Assembly (NCBI GenBank): GCA_963783575.1
Contig: CAWAOD010000014.1
Location: 384,001 to 448,000, forward strand
Direction: 5' to 3'
Source of the DNA: an uncultured Spirochaetota bacterium
GTDB taxonomy: Bacteria > Spirochaetota > Brevinematia > Brevinematales > JAOACQ01
DNA: 64,000 nt
Shown here: positions 32,120-42,810 of the stretch, piece by piece
Layout: every line of letters begins with the position of its first letter
Numbering within the stretch: position 1 is the stretch's first letter
Notes under the pieces: model-generated
What the model saw: only the letters and a program-made list of their open reading frames with translations
Databases searched by the model: none
What the model was told of the DNA's origin: nothing
Translations under genes and position numbers: made by a program

Positions 32120-33235
32120 ATGGATAGTGAAAAAATAACCCGCGTTCCTTATGAAATACTGGAAAATTTCATGAAGGATGTTTTTATAGGCGTCGGTGTC
32201 CCGGAAAAAGACGCTGAAATTTGCGCTGAAATATTGATAACATCAGATAAACGCGGTATCGACTCGCATGGAATCGGGAGACTCAAGCAATTCTATATTG
32301 ACAGGATTAAAATCGGGCAGATAAACCCTGTGACTAATATCGAAATAGTAAAAGAAAGTCCCACGACAGCTGTTGTTAATGGTAATAACGGAATGGGTTT
32401 GGTAATCGGTAAAAAATCCATGCAGATTGCAATAGACAAAGCAAAAAAATATGGTATGGGCATGGTTGCGGTTAAAAATTCTAATCATTACGGAATAGCC
32501 GGTTATTATGCTTTAATGGCAGCCGGGAGCGGTATGATTGGAATTACAGGGACAAACACCAGGCCCGGAGTGGCCCCTACTTTCGGAGTTGAAAATATGC
32601 TAGGGACAAATCCGCTTACATTCGGAATGCCGACTGACGAAGAATTCCCTTTTATCCTTGACTGCGCAACTTCTTTGATACAGAGAGGAAAGGTCGAAGT
32701 ATACGCTCGTACCGGTAAAATTATGCCGGAAGGATGGGTAATCGGACATGATGGTAAAAGTAAAACTGACCCTGTCAGCGTTCTTGAGGAACTGGTCAAT
32801 GGAAATGCAGCAATGACTCCATTGGGCGGTATCGGAGAAGAAGGAGCCGGTCACAAAGGTTACGGATATGCGACAGTTGTTGAGATTCTTTCATCAGCAC
32901 TACAGGGCGGATTATTCTTAAAATCGTTGAACGGTTTTGAAAATGGAGTTAGAGTGCCGTACCGGCTGGGACATTTTTTTATTGCGATTGATATATCCGT
33001 ATTTACCGAATTGGATAATTTTAAAAAAACAACCGGGGATATATTGAGACAACTCAGGGCATCGCGTAAAGCGCCGGGCGCCGATAGAATATATACTGCG
33101 GGGGAAAAAGAATACATTATCTGGCTGGAAAGAAAAGATAAGGGAATACCTCTTGATGATGCCGAAAAGAAAGAAATTGTTCAACTTCAAAAAGAATATA
33201 AACTTGATAAATATAATTTCAATTTTAAATTATGA
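32120..33235 (+). CDS. Ldh_2 (AllD/ComC-type) malate/L-lactate dehydrogenase family protein
   Basis: Motifs RGIDSHG, SNHYG, GTNP, LDCATS and HKGYG. Confidence 0.9.
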   Translation: MDSEKITRVPYEILENFMKDVFIGVGVPEKDAEICAEILITSDKRGIDSHGIGRLKQFYIDRIKIGQINPVTNIEIVKESPTTAVVNGNNGMGLVIGKKSMQIAIDKAKKYGMGMVAVKNSNHYGIAGYYALMAAGSGMIGITGTNTRPGVAPTFGVENMLGTNPLTFGMPTDEEFPFILDCATSLIQRGKVEVYARTGKIMPEGWVIGHDGKSKTDPVSVLEELVNGNAAMTPLGGIGEEGAGHKGYGYATVVEILSSALQGGLFLKSLNGFENGVRVPYRLGHFFIAIDISVFTELDNFKKTTGDILRQLRASRKAPGADRIYTAGEKEYIIWLERKDKGIPLDDAEKKEIVQLQKEYKLDKYNFNFKL

Positions 33236-33243
33236 GGTAAGAT

Positions 33244-34539
33244 TTGAAAAAGAATAAAATTGATATGATTGAAGAAGCATTAAGATATCATTCTGAACCT
33301 ACGCCAGGTAAAATTTCAGTTAATCCTACAAAGTCCTGCAGAACAGCCGGGGATCTTTCTCTCGCATATACTCCTGGAGTTGCCCACCCGGTTCTAGAAA
33401 TTGAAAAGGACCCGGAAAATGCTTACCTTTACACAAGCAAAGGCAACCTTGTCGCTGTAATTTCAAATGGAACTGCAATTCTGGGACTCGGAGACAGGGG
33501 CGCATTATCCGGCAAGCCGGTTATGGAGGGCAAAGGCGTCCTTTTCAAAAGATTTGCTGACATCGATGTTTTCGATATTGAGATTGATTCGAAGGACCCG
33601 AAAAAAATAATAGAAGTTGTCAAATTGATTGAGCCTACTTTCGGAGGCATTAATCTTGAAGATATCAAAGGGCCGGAATGTTTTGAGATTGAAGAAGAAT
33701 TGAAAAAAATCTGTAATATCCCGGTTTTTCATGATGATCAGCACGGAACAGCGATTATTTCAGCCGCAGGACTTCTCAATGCCCTGGAGATCACAGGCAA
33801 GAAAATTGATACCGTAAGGGTTGTTTTTAACGGTGCCGGAGCAGCGGGCATAGCATGCGCAAAACTATTTGTAAAACTAGGTGTCGGATTGGAAAACATT
33901 TTAATGTGCGATACAAAAGGAGTTATCTATCGCGGCAGAGGAGACGGAATGAACCGGTACAAGGCCGAATTCTCAGCAGAAACAAAAGCCAGAACCCTTG
34001 ACGATGCAATGGTTGGCGCGGATGTGTTTGTTGGAGTATCATCGAAAGATTGCATAACCCCAAAGATGCTTTTATCAATGAATAAAAATCCGATTGTTTT
34101 TGCAATGGCCAATCCCGATCCTGAAATTACATACGAACTCGCAGTCCTGACAAGAAAGGATATAATTATGGCAACCGGCCGGTCCGATTATCCAAACCAG
34201 ATAAACAACGTTCTGGGATTTCCTTTTATTTTCAGAGGAGCTTTAGATGTGAGGGCCAGACAGATTACCGAGGGCATGAAAATCGCCGCAGCAAGAGCAT
34301 TGGCCGATTTAGCGAAAATTGAAGTGCCTGATATTGTAAAAAAAGCTTATAATAATAAAAATTTTTCATTCGGACACGATTACATTGTTCCAAAACCATT
34401 TGACCCCAGAGTAATAGAATGGGAATCCGTAGCAGTTGCAAAAGCCGCATGTGAAGAGGGTGTCGCTTTAAAACCAATTCAAAACTGGGATAATTATAGA
34501 ACCAGTTTAAGAAAAAGAATGGCAAAAAATCAATGCTGA
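33244..34539 (+). CDS. Malic enzyme, short form without the PTA domain
   Basis: Motifs [29 protein letters not shown] and [12 protein letters not shown]. Confidence 0.93.
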   Translation: MKKNKIDMIEEALRYHSEPTPGKISVNPTKSCRTAGDLSLAYTPGVAHPVLEIEKDPENAYLYTSKGNLVAVISNGTAILGLGDRGALSGKPVMEGKGVLFKRFADIDVFDIEIDSKDPKKIIEVVKLIEPTFGGINLEDIKGPECFEIEEELKKICNIPVFHDDQHGTAIISAAGLLNALEITGKKIDTVRVVFNGAGAAGIACAKLFVKLGVGLENILMCDTKGVIYRGRGDGMNRYKAEFSAETKARTLDDAMVGADVFVGVSSKDCITPKMLLSMNKNPIVFAMANPDPEITYELAVLTRKDIIMATGRSDYPNQINNVLGFPFIFRGALDVRARQITEGMKIAAARALADLAKIEVPDIVKKAYNNKNFSFGHDYIVPKPFDPRVIEWESVAVAKAACEEGVALKPIQNWDNYRTSLRKRMAKNQC

Positions 34540-34554
34540 AAAAAATTCATCACT

Positions 34555-36144
34555 CTATTTAGCAGATTTTACAAGTATACTTCCTATCCCCAGCTTTTCC
34601 AGCTTTCGTTTAACCTCAACGGCAGTTTCAAGATGATCATATTTACCTACCCGTATTCTGGTAAATTTTTTCTTATTAACAATTATTTCCATCTGGAATA
34701 CTTCAAAACCTGATTTTCTTAATTTGTTATAGAGTGAAAAGGCATTTTTATTATTGGTAAATGCTCCTGTCTGGATACAATAAGCATAAGAACCCGGCAG
34801 CGAAGGCATATTTACAGTGTTTGCCTGCACATTAGTTACATAATTAGTAATAAAATTGGTTAATGATATCTGCACATAATTCGTTAGCGCAACATTATTG
34901 GTAACATAATTTGATATTACAAATACGGCAGGGTTTATTGATTCAGATTGTATTTGCATTTCGGATGACGCATTGACATTCGATACAGAACTTATATTTG
35001 TAAATACATTTGAAATAATATTTGTATTGGTTTTTAATTGAGGGATTAAAACGGCATAGCTCTGCCCGCTAAGGGAATTACCTGAATATATACCTCTTGA
35101 GCCAGTGTCTATGCAATATAATTTACCATCATCACTTCCGAAATAGGCTTTTCCATCGGCTATGCAAGGGCTGGATTCTATATTATTTCTGGTCCCGTAT
35201 TCCCAGACTTCCTTTCCGGTGTCAATATCTACACAATAAAATTTCTTATCATGGCTCCCAAAATAAACTTTACCATCAGCTACACTAGGAGAAGACTGGA
35301 TGTCTCCGCCGGTTTTAAATTCCCATAATTTCTCCCCGCTCTCTTCATCCAGACAATATAGTTTGTCATCATAACTTCCCAAAAAAACTTTTCCGTTAGT
35401 AACAAATGGACTTGAAACAATAATGTCGCCGGTTTTAAATTCCCATTTTTTTGTGCCGTCATTAGCATTCAGGCAGTATAAATTCCTGTCCTTGCTACCA
35501 AAATAAACATAATTGCCATTCCCAGATGCTGTCGATTGAATTTCACCGTTCGCCTGAAATTCCCAGCTTTTGATACCGCTTAATGCATCCAGGCAATAAA
35601 ATTTTTTGTCAGAATTTCCGATATAAACCTTTCCATTCATAATAAATGGACTTGAACGGATAATCCCTTTTGTATCAAAAACCCAGCTGTTAGTAGAAAT
35701 TTCATCATAACAGTAAATTTTCTTATCCCCGCTTCCGAAGTAGATTTTACTATTCCATTCATGAGGACTTGATTCAATTTCACCCTGGGTTTTTAGTTCA
35801 AGAGACTTTTCACCAATCAGTGTGTCCAGAATTATGAATTTTTTATTTTTATTTCCGCCAATATATAATTTATCATTTGCTACATAAGGGCTTGACAGGA
35901 TCTTATTCCCCGAATCTTCAGTCTTATAACTCCAGAGCGCTTTTCCATTTGTTGCATCAAGGCGGAATATTTGATTTGCCGAATTTCCAAAGTAAACTGA
36001 ATTGTCAGCAACACAAGGACTAGATATAATAGAATTACCAGTATCAAAACTCCAGATTAAATTGCCCGGTTTTCCGGGATCTTCTGAATATAACAATCCG
36101 GAAAATAATAAACAAAACAATAAAATTAAACCGGATATTCTCAT
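34555..36144 (-). CDS. Exported PQQ-like (BamB-type) beta-propeller protein with a C-terminal SPOR domain
   Basis: Signal peptide; about eight 40-aa repeats of W.FKT...I.SSP.V.DGKVY.GS.D..LYC.D; C-terminal IQTGAF...RIRVG. Confidence 0.85.
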   Translation of the reverse strand: MRISGLILLFCLLFSGLLYSEDPGKPGNLIWSFDTGNSIISSPCVADNSVYFGNSANQIFRLDATNGKALWSYKTEDSGNKILSSPYVANDKLYIGGNKNKKFIILDTLIGEKSLELKTQGEIESSPHEWNSKIYFGSGDKKIYCYDEISTNSWVFDTKGIIRSSPFIMNGKVYIGNSDKKFYCLDALSGIKSWEFQANGEIQSTASGNGNYVYFGSKDRNLYCLNANDGTKKWEFKTGDIIVSSPFVTNGKVFLGSYDDKLYCLDEESGEKLWEFKTGGDIQSSPSVADGKVYFGSHDKKFYCVDIDTGKEVWEYGTRNNIESSPCIADGKAYFGSDDGKLYCIDTGSRGIYSGNSLSGQSYAVLIPQLKTNTNIISNVFTNISSVSNVNASSEMQIQSESINPAVFVISNYVTNNVALTNYVQISLTNFITNYVTNVQANTVNMPSLPGSYAYCIQTGAFTNNKNAFSLYNKLRKSGFEVFQMEIIVNKKKFTRIRVGKYDHLETAVEVKRKLEKLGIGSILVKSAK

Positions 36145-36320
36145 AAAAACCTCTTCTTAATAAATCTTTATAGTTAAATACTATCATATTATAATCTATT
36201 AAGGTAAAACTCATAATTTAAAATATAAATTTGCTTTTATAAAAACTCATTATAAAAAGTGCCAATTTAAATATTGGTGAAGTTTTTGCCTTTCTTCAAT
36301 ATGTACTTGCAAAAGCTTAA

Positions 36321-36373
36321 GGGCAGTTCCGAGCTTATAAAAAGACTTGTTTTATGAGATTTTGGAACTGCCC
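36321..36373. repeat. Long hairpin / MITE-like remnant
   Basis: GGGCAGTTCC ... GGAACTGCCC with an inner cttataaaa/ttttatgag stem. Confidence 0.7.
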
Positions 36374-36474
36374 ATATATCATAACAAATAAAAATAAATT
36401 GTCAATTTTCAAACTTTTAATTATAAAATTATATCTCAATATCGGCAATGATATTAAATAAATAAAATAAGCAT

Positions 36475-37482
36475 TTATTTCCAGTTTACATTATATTTTC
36501 CAAAAGATATCGTTATTCTTCCAAAAAAACCGGAATATTCTTCCCTGGAATAATTATCAGAAGTAGCAGCAGGAAGATATAGCCACCCAAAAGATAAAGA
36601 CAATCCGTTAAACATTATTTTTACTCCAATATTAAGATATGAATATTGAGGTAATAAAAATCCCCAATCGCTATAAAGATAAATATCTTTTCTATTATAA
36701 GCGTATTTATCGGGAAATATATATATTGGTATTAATAATTGAAGCGGAAGAACTGTTCCGGCGTTTGGTCCAAGAATATCAAAAGCCTCGGTGGAAATAC
36801 CGAAACCAAATGGAAGATTCGGAAACATCCATACAATGCCGTATTGAAAAAAGTCAAAACCGAAAGCAAGTGGAAAATCAAATAGGTATCCATAAGGATA
36901 ACTCATTGGTACATTTATTATATTAATTATTTCGGCTCCGGTAGGAATTAAATTTTTATTTATTTTATTCATTCTGCCATGAATTTTTTTATAATCACTT
37001 ATTTCCCTGTAAATCATAACCTTTCGGCCATTTAGTTTTTTCATAATCCGGTCTGCCAATATTTTAATGCAATCCTTCAAACCCTCCCTGGACCATAAGT
37101 CATAGGTATATACTTCATCCTCCAAAATCTTATCTGGATTAATTATATCCGAGAATTTGATATATATTGTATATTTTTCCTCATAATATGATACAGAACC
37201 GGTGAGAAAAAAATCAGGTTTAGACTCAATTATACCTGATGGGCTTAAATCAATCCGTAATAGATTATTATTTTGAAAATCGACAATCATTTCATTTGTA
37301 ACAAAATTATATGTATCCTGGTCTAATTCTCCCGAGATTTCAATTGAATTCAATATATATCCTGCATGATCCAAAGAAAATGATAGCCGGAAAGCAAAAA
37401 TAATTATTAGTGAATAAATAAGCCTTAACATAATCAATAATTTCCCTGATTCTGAATAAACCATCTTTACATAACCGATCAC
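36475..37482 (-). CDS. Hypothetical exported or outer-membrane protein
   Basis: Long ORF; a start at 37431 would give a signal peptide; aromatic beta-strand-like C-terminal half. Confidence 0.6.
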   Translation of the reverse strand: MIGYVKMVYSESGKLLIMLRLIYSLIIIFAFRLSFSLDHAGYILNSIEISGELDQDTYNFVTNEMIVDFQNNNLLRIDLSPSGIIESKPDFFLTGSVSYYEEKYTIYIKFSDIINPDKILEDEVYTYDLWSREGLKDCIKILADRIMKKLNGRKVMIYREISDYKKIHGRMNKINKNLIPTGAEIINIINVPMSYPYGYLFDFPLAFGFDFFQYGIVWMFPNLPFGFGISTEAFDILGPNAGTVLPLQLLIPIYIFPDKYAYNRKDIYLYSDWGFLLPQYSYLNIGVKIMFNGLSLSFGWLYLPAATSDNYSREEYSGFFGRITISFGKYNVNWK

Positions 37483-37580
37483 AGCTTGTATAGAGTTAGT
37501 TTATTTGATTATCGATAAAAAGTTATACATTGTTTAAATATTTTATAAATCTGGTTTTAATGAATGGTATATCAGTGTTT

Positions 37581-38033
37581 TTATTTTGAAGAATCATCCA
37601 ATGCTTTTTTGAATTTAGGATTTTTTTCCAGAAATGTGTTTATTTCATCATAGTGGTTTTCACTGTACTTTGTAAAATCATCCTCAGTTAAACCATAATT
37701 ATGATAAAATTCCCGCCTTTTTTTTGCCAGTAAAGTCTCAGGGTCTTCACTGGAATTGGTATTTTTATTAACCTCATCAAGCCAATTTTTCTGATCATAT
37801 AAAAATAATATCCATATCTGAACAAACTTTGACGGGCTGTCCAATTGAACTTTATCACCTTTCTTAAGTGTTATCATATTGGTATCAATTGTAATTATAT
37901 CAGTTGCAGTATTATTTGTGCCTGCATTTGAAGAAATCTGCTTTTTTGTACAAGCATTAAATACTACTATACAAACTAAAATAAACAAGTAAATTGAAAA
38001 TACCTTTACAACTGCAAATTTACTTTTCAACAT
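37581..38033 (-). CDS. Hypothetical lipoprotein
   Basis: Hydrophobic N-terminus ending in VFNA-C. Confidence 0.65.
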   Translation of the reverse strand: MLKSKFAVVKVFSIYLFILVCIVVFNACTKKQISSNAGTNNTATDIITIDTNMITLKKGDKVQLDSPSKFVQIWILFLYDQKNWLDEVNKNTNSSEDPETLLAKKRREFYHNYGLTEDDFTKYSENHYDEINTFLEKNPKFKKALDDSSK

Positions 38034-38281
38034 CTACCTTCTATACAAATATAAACAATAATATATTTTATAAATCATTATAAAAAAAAGCAAGTGAAAG
38101 CATTATTTTAAACTTGTAAAAGTTTAATATCAAAGTATAAAATTATTTCCAAATTATACTCAAATTTTATTATAAATAATAAAAAAGAAAATAGGATAAT
38201 TCTTTTATATAGTAAATTTGAAAAAAGTTTCTGTCAGTAGTTATAATATATATTCAAGAATTTATGCTTTAGGAGTCAATA

Positions 38282-39370
38282 ATGATTAAAAATGAGAAGC
38301 AGTCATTAGGTGAATTTTTCAGAGAAACAAGAAAAGATAAAGGCATTTCGATAGATGAAATTGTTAGGGATACCAATATCCCTAAAAGATACCTGGAATC
38401 AATCGAATCAGATAGTTTTGATGTTTTTCCAGGTGAAACTTACGCGATCGGCTTTGTTACAAACTATGCCGATGCACTGGAAGTCGATAGAGATTTGGTA
38501 ATTTCCCTGTACAAAAGGCAAATGAAAATCGAGCAGGATTCTCCAATTGAACAGCTTGTAGGTAAAAAAAAGCAATTTATACCGAATATGAATATGCTTA
38601 TTATTGTTGGCGTTATTATTATCTCTTTTATTTTTATTTTATTAATTTCATATATTATTAATAGAAATTCACCGAGATCAAATGAGACAGAAAATTCAAA
38701 CCCAAGAATTTATACATATACTTTTGATGACATCAATAAAATTTCAAACCAAAAATTCAAAATTGGAGACTCTATAACAATAAGCAATGAATCAAAATCG
38801 ATCTCACTTAGTTTTATCTCCGTTAATGCTTCACATTCCCTTTTGATGAAGATTAACAGCCTTGATTACAATATGAAAAGCGGCGATTTATTGAGCATAG
38901 ACAGCGACCGTAACGGAACGAATGATCTCGGTATTGAGCTTTTTTCCGCAAAGGAAAAAGATATTAAATTATCCATTACTTTAATGAAAGAAAATTTCGA
39001 TTCAAATTCGATGTCAATTCAGGATGATCTATATAATAAATATAGAGAATATATTCTTTCAGAAGACGATTTATTTACCAGTAAAACCAGAACTAATATA
39101 GATTTGAAAATTGTTATGTCTGGAAACTCATGGATAAGCTATATTCCGGACAACAAAGAAGAAAAGGAAATGAATCTTAATAACGGAAGTACTATAACAA
39201 TAAATTTTATCAATAATTTGGTTCTATATCTGGGAAACAGCGGCGCCGCAAAAATAATTGTCGGGAATAAGGAAGAGGACGGCGGAGGCTGGGGAGAGGT
39301 AAATAAATCCTTAATATATTGGAAAACTAAAAACGGTCAGTTTACTCTTGTCCGGGGCATATTGAAGTGA
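38282..39370 (+). CDS. RodZ-like helix-turn-helix membrane protein
   Basis: SLGEFFRETR...YLESIE...FPGETYAIGF, one transmembrane helix, and LGNSGA; lies upstream of rimO and pgsA. Confidence 0.8.
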   Translation: MIKNEKQSLGEFFRETRKDKGISIDEIVRDTNIPKRYLESIESDSFDVFPGETYAIGFVTNYADALEVDRDLVISLYKRQMKIEQDSPIEQLVGKKKQFIPNMNMLIIVGVIIISFIFILLISYIINRNSPRSNETENSNPRIYTYTFDDINKISNQKFKIGDSITISNESKSISLSFISVNASHSLLMKINSLDYNMKSGDLLSIDSDRNGTNDLGIELFSAKEKDIKLSITLMKENFDSNSMSIQDDLYNKYREYILSEDDLFTSKTRTNIDLKIVMSGNSWISYIPDNKEEKEMNLNNGSTITINFINNLVLYLGNSGAAKIIVGNKEEDGGGWGEVNKSLIYWKTKNGQFTLVRGILK

Positions 39371-39383
39371 GGTTTTATAGTAA

Positions 39384-40736
39384 GTGAAAATTTATTTTGA
39401 TGCTCTGGGTTGTCCGAAAGCTCTGGTGGATGCGGAAAGAATGAATTATTTCCTTGAAAAAGAAAGTCATGAATTGATACTTAATCCCGAAGAAGCAGAA
39501 GTTATAATTATTAACACATGTGGTTTTATAGAAAAAGCTAAAAAAGAGAGTATTAATGCGATTTTAAGCTATATTCGCCTGAAAAAAAACAATCCCGAAT
39601 TAAAAATAATCATATCAGGATGCCTAACAGAACGTTATAAAAAAGAATTGCTTGAAGCCCTTCCGGAAGTTGATAATGCGATAGGTGTTAGGAATATTGC
39701 TAAAATAACTGATGCACTTGATTTTTCTAAAAATAATAATAACCGAATTACAGATGATGGTGACTTCAGGAATGAAGATTATACTATACAGAGGAGCTTG
39801 AAGTATTCGGGTCTGTATTATGCATATATAAAAATAGCCGAAGGATGTAACAGGAATTGCTCATTCTGTACGATTCCAAATATCCGCGGTAAGTATAGAA
39901 GCAGGACAATTGAAAATATACTGAGTGAGGCTGAATTTTTAATAAATCAGGGAATCAGGGAATTGATACTTGTCTCAGAAGATAACTTATACTATGGAAC
40001 TGATATTTATGGAAGAAAAGCTTTAAAGAATCTTTTGGAATCATTAATTCCATTAGGTTTCGATTGGATAAGGATCATGTATCTTTATCCGGAGGAAGAA
40101 ATTCTGGATATTGCTGAACTGATGAACCGGACTGCCTGTATTTGTAATTATATCGATATTCCGCTGCAGCATGCAAGTAAAAATATTCTTAATTCAATGC
40201 ATAGAACCGGTAGTTTTGAGAATTATATAAAACTTTTTTCAAAAATGAGGGAAATTAATCCGGATATTAAGATAAGGACTTCATTTATATTAGGTTATCC
40301 TGGAGAAACTGAAAGTGATTTTGAAATATTGAAAAATTTAATTAAGGAAGTTCAGTTTGACAGGATTGGATTTTTTGAATATTCAAGAGAAGAAGGAACA
40401 GTTTCTTACAATTTAAAAAATAGGATAAATAAAAGAATTGTTAAAGAAAGAATAAATGAACTCTCGCATATTCAGGAGGGTATTTCCATTATAAATTTAA
40501 AGAAACTTATCGGTAAAACATTAACTTGCATTAATGACGGGATAGAGCATAAAATACATAATAAAATGTTTGCCGCTTTAAGGAGCGAATATGACGCACC
40601 TGAGATAGATGGAAATGTATATATTGAATTATCTTCAAGGAATAAAAATTTGATTTTTAATAAAGAATTTGTTAAAGTTAAAATTGAGGGTAATTTCAGC
40701 TATCATGATTTATCAGGTTCCATAGTAATTGATTGA
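39384..40736 (+). CDS. rimO: Ribosomal protein S12 methylthiotransferase
   Basis: Motifs LGCPKALVD, NTCGFI, EGCNRNCSFC and APEIDG. Confidence 0.95.
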   Translation: MKIYFDALGCPKALVDAERMNYFLEKESHELILNPEEAEVIIINTCGFIEKAKKESINAILSYIRLKKNNPELKIIISGCLTERYKKELLEALPEVDNAIGVRNIAKITDALDFSKNNNNRITDDGDFRNEDYTIQRSLKYSGLYYAYIKIAEGCNRNCSFCTIPNIRGKYRSRTIENILSEAEFLINQGIRELILVSEDNLYYGTDIYGRKALKNLLESLIPLGFDWIRIMYLYPEEEILDIAELMNRTACICNYIDIPLQHASKNILNSMHRTGSFENYIKLFSKMREINPDIKIRTSFILGYPGETESDFEILKNLIKEVQFDRIGFFEYSREEGTVSYNLKNRINKRIVKERINELSHIQEGISIINLKKLIGKTLTCINDGIEHKIHNKMFAALRSEYDAPEIDGNVYIELSSRNKNLIFNKEFVKVKIEGNFSYHDLSGSIVID

Positions 40737-40748
40737 GGTTTTAATTAG

Positions 40749-41384
40749 ATGAAATTTGTTTTAACTATACCGAATCTTCTGACTATCTTTAGAGTATTAC
40801 TAATTCCAATAATACTTTATTTTATTTTTAATGATTCGCTTTTAAATATCTTCCTGGCGCTCTCCCTATATGGAATATCAGCTCTCACCGATGCTTTTGA
40901 CGGTTTATTGGCACGAAAACTGAACCAGGCTTCTGAATTCGGTGCCTACTTTGACCCGCTAGCGGATAAGTTTTTAATATGGAGTGTTTTTACCGTTTTC
41001 AGTCTGAAAACAAGCCTTTTTATTCCATTGTGGCTGATACTATTTATCTATTTCAGAGATTTATTTATAACTTTTTTAAGATCCCATTCAAGAAAAAAAA
41101 ATATTGTATTTAAAACATCTTTTGCTGCAAAAGCAAAAACTACCGTTCAGATGATTTCGGCCGCCATAATAATGACATACATATTAATAACACAGTTCTT
41201 AAAAGTTATATATAGAATAAAATCACAGAATTATTCGGAGATCTGGCAGGCAATTATTCCTAATCTGTACTGGCTGATTATTTATATCCCGCTGATTTTA
41301 ACAATATTTGCCGTATTATTTACATTGTATACCGCAGTTGATTATCTTTTTATTTATTATAATAAGGCCGTAAAAAGTGATTAA
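40749..41384 (+). CDS. pgsA: CDP-diacylglycerol--glycerol-3-phosphate 3-phosphatidyltransferase
   Basis: PNLLTIFR and DAFDGLLAR...GAYFDPLADK. Confidence 0.92.
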   Translation: MKFVLTIPNLLTIFRVLLIPIILYFIFNDSLLNIFLALSLYGISALTDAFDGLLARKLNQASEFGAYFDPLADKFLIWSVFTVFSLKTSLFIPLWLILFIYFRDLFITFLRSHSRKKNIVFKTSFAAKAKTTVQMISAAIIMTYILITQFLKVIYRIKSQNYSEIWQAIIPNLYWLIIYIPLILTIFAVLFTLYTAVDYLFIYYNKAVKSD

Positions 41385-41868
41385 TAATTTTAATAAAAAG
41401 TTAAATGAATTAATTGCTACGGTATTTTTTACCGGTTACTCACCTTTTATGCCTGGAACGGTCGGTACATTGGCCGGTGTTATTATATATGTCCTTTTCA
41501 GCCGTTTTTTTCCAATCTATAATATCGCTCTCATTTTGTTAATTATTATATCGGTAAGGGTTTCCGATTATGCAGAAAAAAATATTTTCAAAAGTAAAGA
41601 CTCTTCCCATATCGTAATCGATGAAGTAATAGGTTATCTTATTTCAATGATTTCATTTGAGTTTAGTGGATCAGTAGAGAGCATCAAATTCATGGTAGTA
41701 GGTTTCATCTTATTCAGAATATTTGATATCTGGAAACCTTACCCTATCAAGCAATCGCAGAAGCTGGAAGGGGGTCTTGGAGTTGTAATTGATGATCTTA
41801 TGGCGGGAATTTATACAAACCTTTTACTTCAATTCCTGAGATTTAAATTTCCTTTCTTTAATTTATAA
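41377..41868 (+). CDS. pgpA: Phosphatidylglycerophosphatase A
   Basis: Motifs PGTVGT, IVIDEVIG, FRIFDIWKP and IDDLMAG. Confidence 0.93.
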   Translation: MINNFNKKLNELIATVFFTGYSPFMPGTVGTLAGVIIYVLFSRFFPIYNIALILLIIISVRVSDYAEKNIFKSKDSSHIVIDEVIGYLISMISFEFSGSVESIKFMVVGFILFRIFDIWKPYPIKQSQKLEGGLGVVIDDLMAGIYTNLLLQFLRFKFPFFNL

Positions 41869-41886
41869 CATTATACAAACAGTATT

Positions 41887-42642
41887 TCAGAATTGCTCAC
41901 CCGCTTTTTTTAAGCTGTCCCTAACCCTTATAAAGTTATCGCTCATTACAGTATTTGCAGGATTATCTTTTAATGCCAGCTGAAAATTTTTATAGGCCGA
42001 TTTTAAATCATGCATTGCCTCATAAGCGACGGCGAGATTATTATAGTAGAAAGACCTTACAAACGGGCCATCATCGGGACTATAAAATAAGGCAGCTTTA
42101 AATGCAGTTTCCGCCTGGTTATAATTTTGCAATTTCAGCAGGGCAAGCCCGATCCGGTTATAAATATTCGGATCATTCGGCTGTATCTTAAGGGCAAATT
42201 GATATGATATGAGAGCCTTGGATGAATCACCAAGGTATTTGTTTTCATCGCCGACAATAAGATAAAGATTAACATTTCCTCCAATATTTTGAATCGCTTT
42301 TAATGCAATTTTTAATCTATCTTTTCTTCTACCCTCATTTGTGTAAAATTTCAGCAGACGGTTATATACATCAGCATTTTTAGGGTTGGCGTCAAGCATT
42401 GCCAGTTGTCTGGCTTCATCAAAAACAACCACGGCAGGCTGTTCTTTGACTGCAGTATTTTGTTGAGGTGCGGCATTTTCTTTTTTCACCTGTTCGTTTG
42501 TTGTCGTTTTCTCATTCTGAGGAGCAGCATGAGTTTCCTCCTGGGCAGGTTCCTCGGTTGCTTCGCCTTTCTGCGCTTCATCCTGTGCGTAAGATATTGT
42601 AATCGCAAATAATATCGAAAGAATAATTGTTAAAATTTTCAT
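41887..42642 (-). CDS. Exported TPR-repeat protein
   Basis: Signal peptide, low-complexity linker and TPR motifs (YNRIG, YNNLA). Confidence 0.8.
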   Translation of the reverse strand: MKILTIILSILFAITISYAQDEAQKGEATEEPAQEETHAAPQNEKTTTNEQVKKENAAPQQNTAVKEQPAVVVFDEARQLAMLDANPKNADVYNRLLKFYTNEGRRKDRLKIALKAIQNIGGNVNLYLIVGDENKYLGDSSKALISYQFALKIQPNDPNIYNRIGLALLKLQNYNQAETAFKAALFYSPDDGPFVRSFYYNNLAVAYEAMHDLKSAYKNFQLALKDNPANTVMSDNFIRVRDSLKKAGEQF

Positions 42643-42810
42643 CTTCTTCCCCTGATAATTTTAATTTCCAAACATAAAATTTTAATTAATAAATTGAATT
42701 TTGTAAATTTATTTGATAGATTTCAATATATTATATATTATTATTCTGTAAAATATAATTAATGAGGCTGAAATTTACCGTAATAAATTAGTTTATGGGG
42801 AGCAATTATC

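Noticed and set aside
34555..36144. PQQ-dependent dehydrogenase or a true BamB
   Set aside because: Only generic propeller repeats are present. There is no lipobox, no recognisable catalytic motif, and the C-terminus is a SPOR domain.
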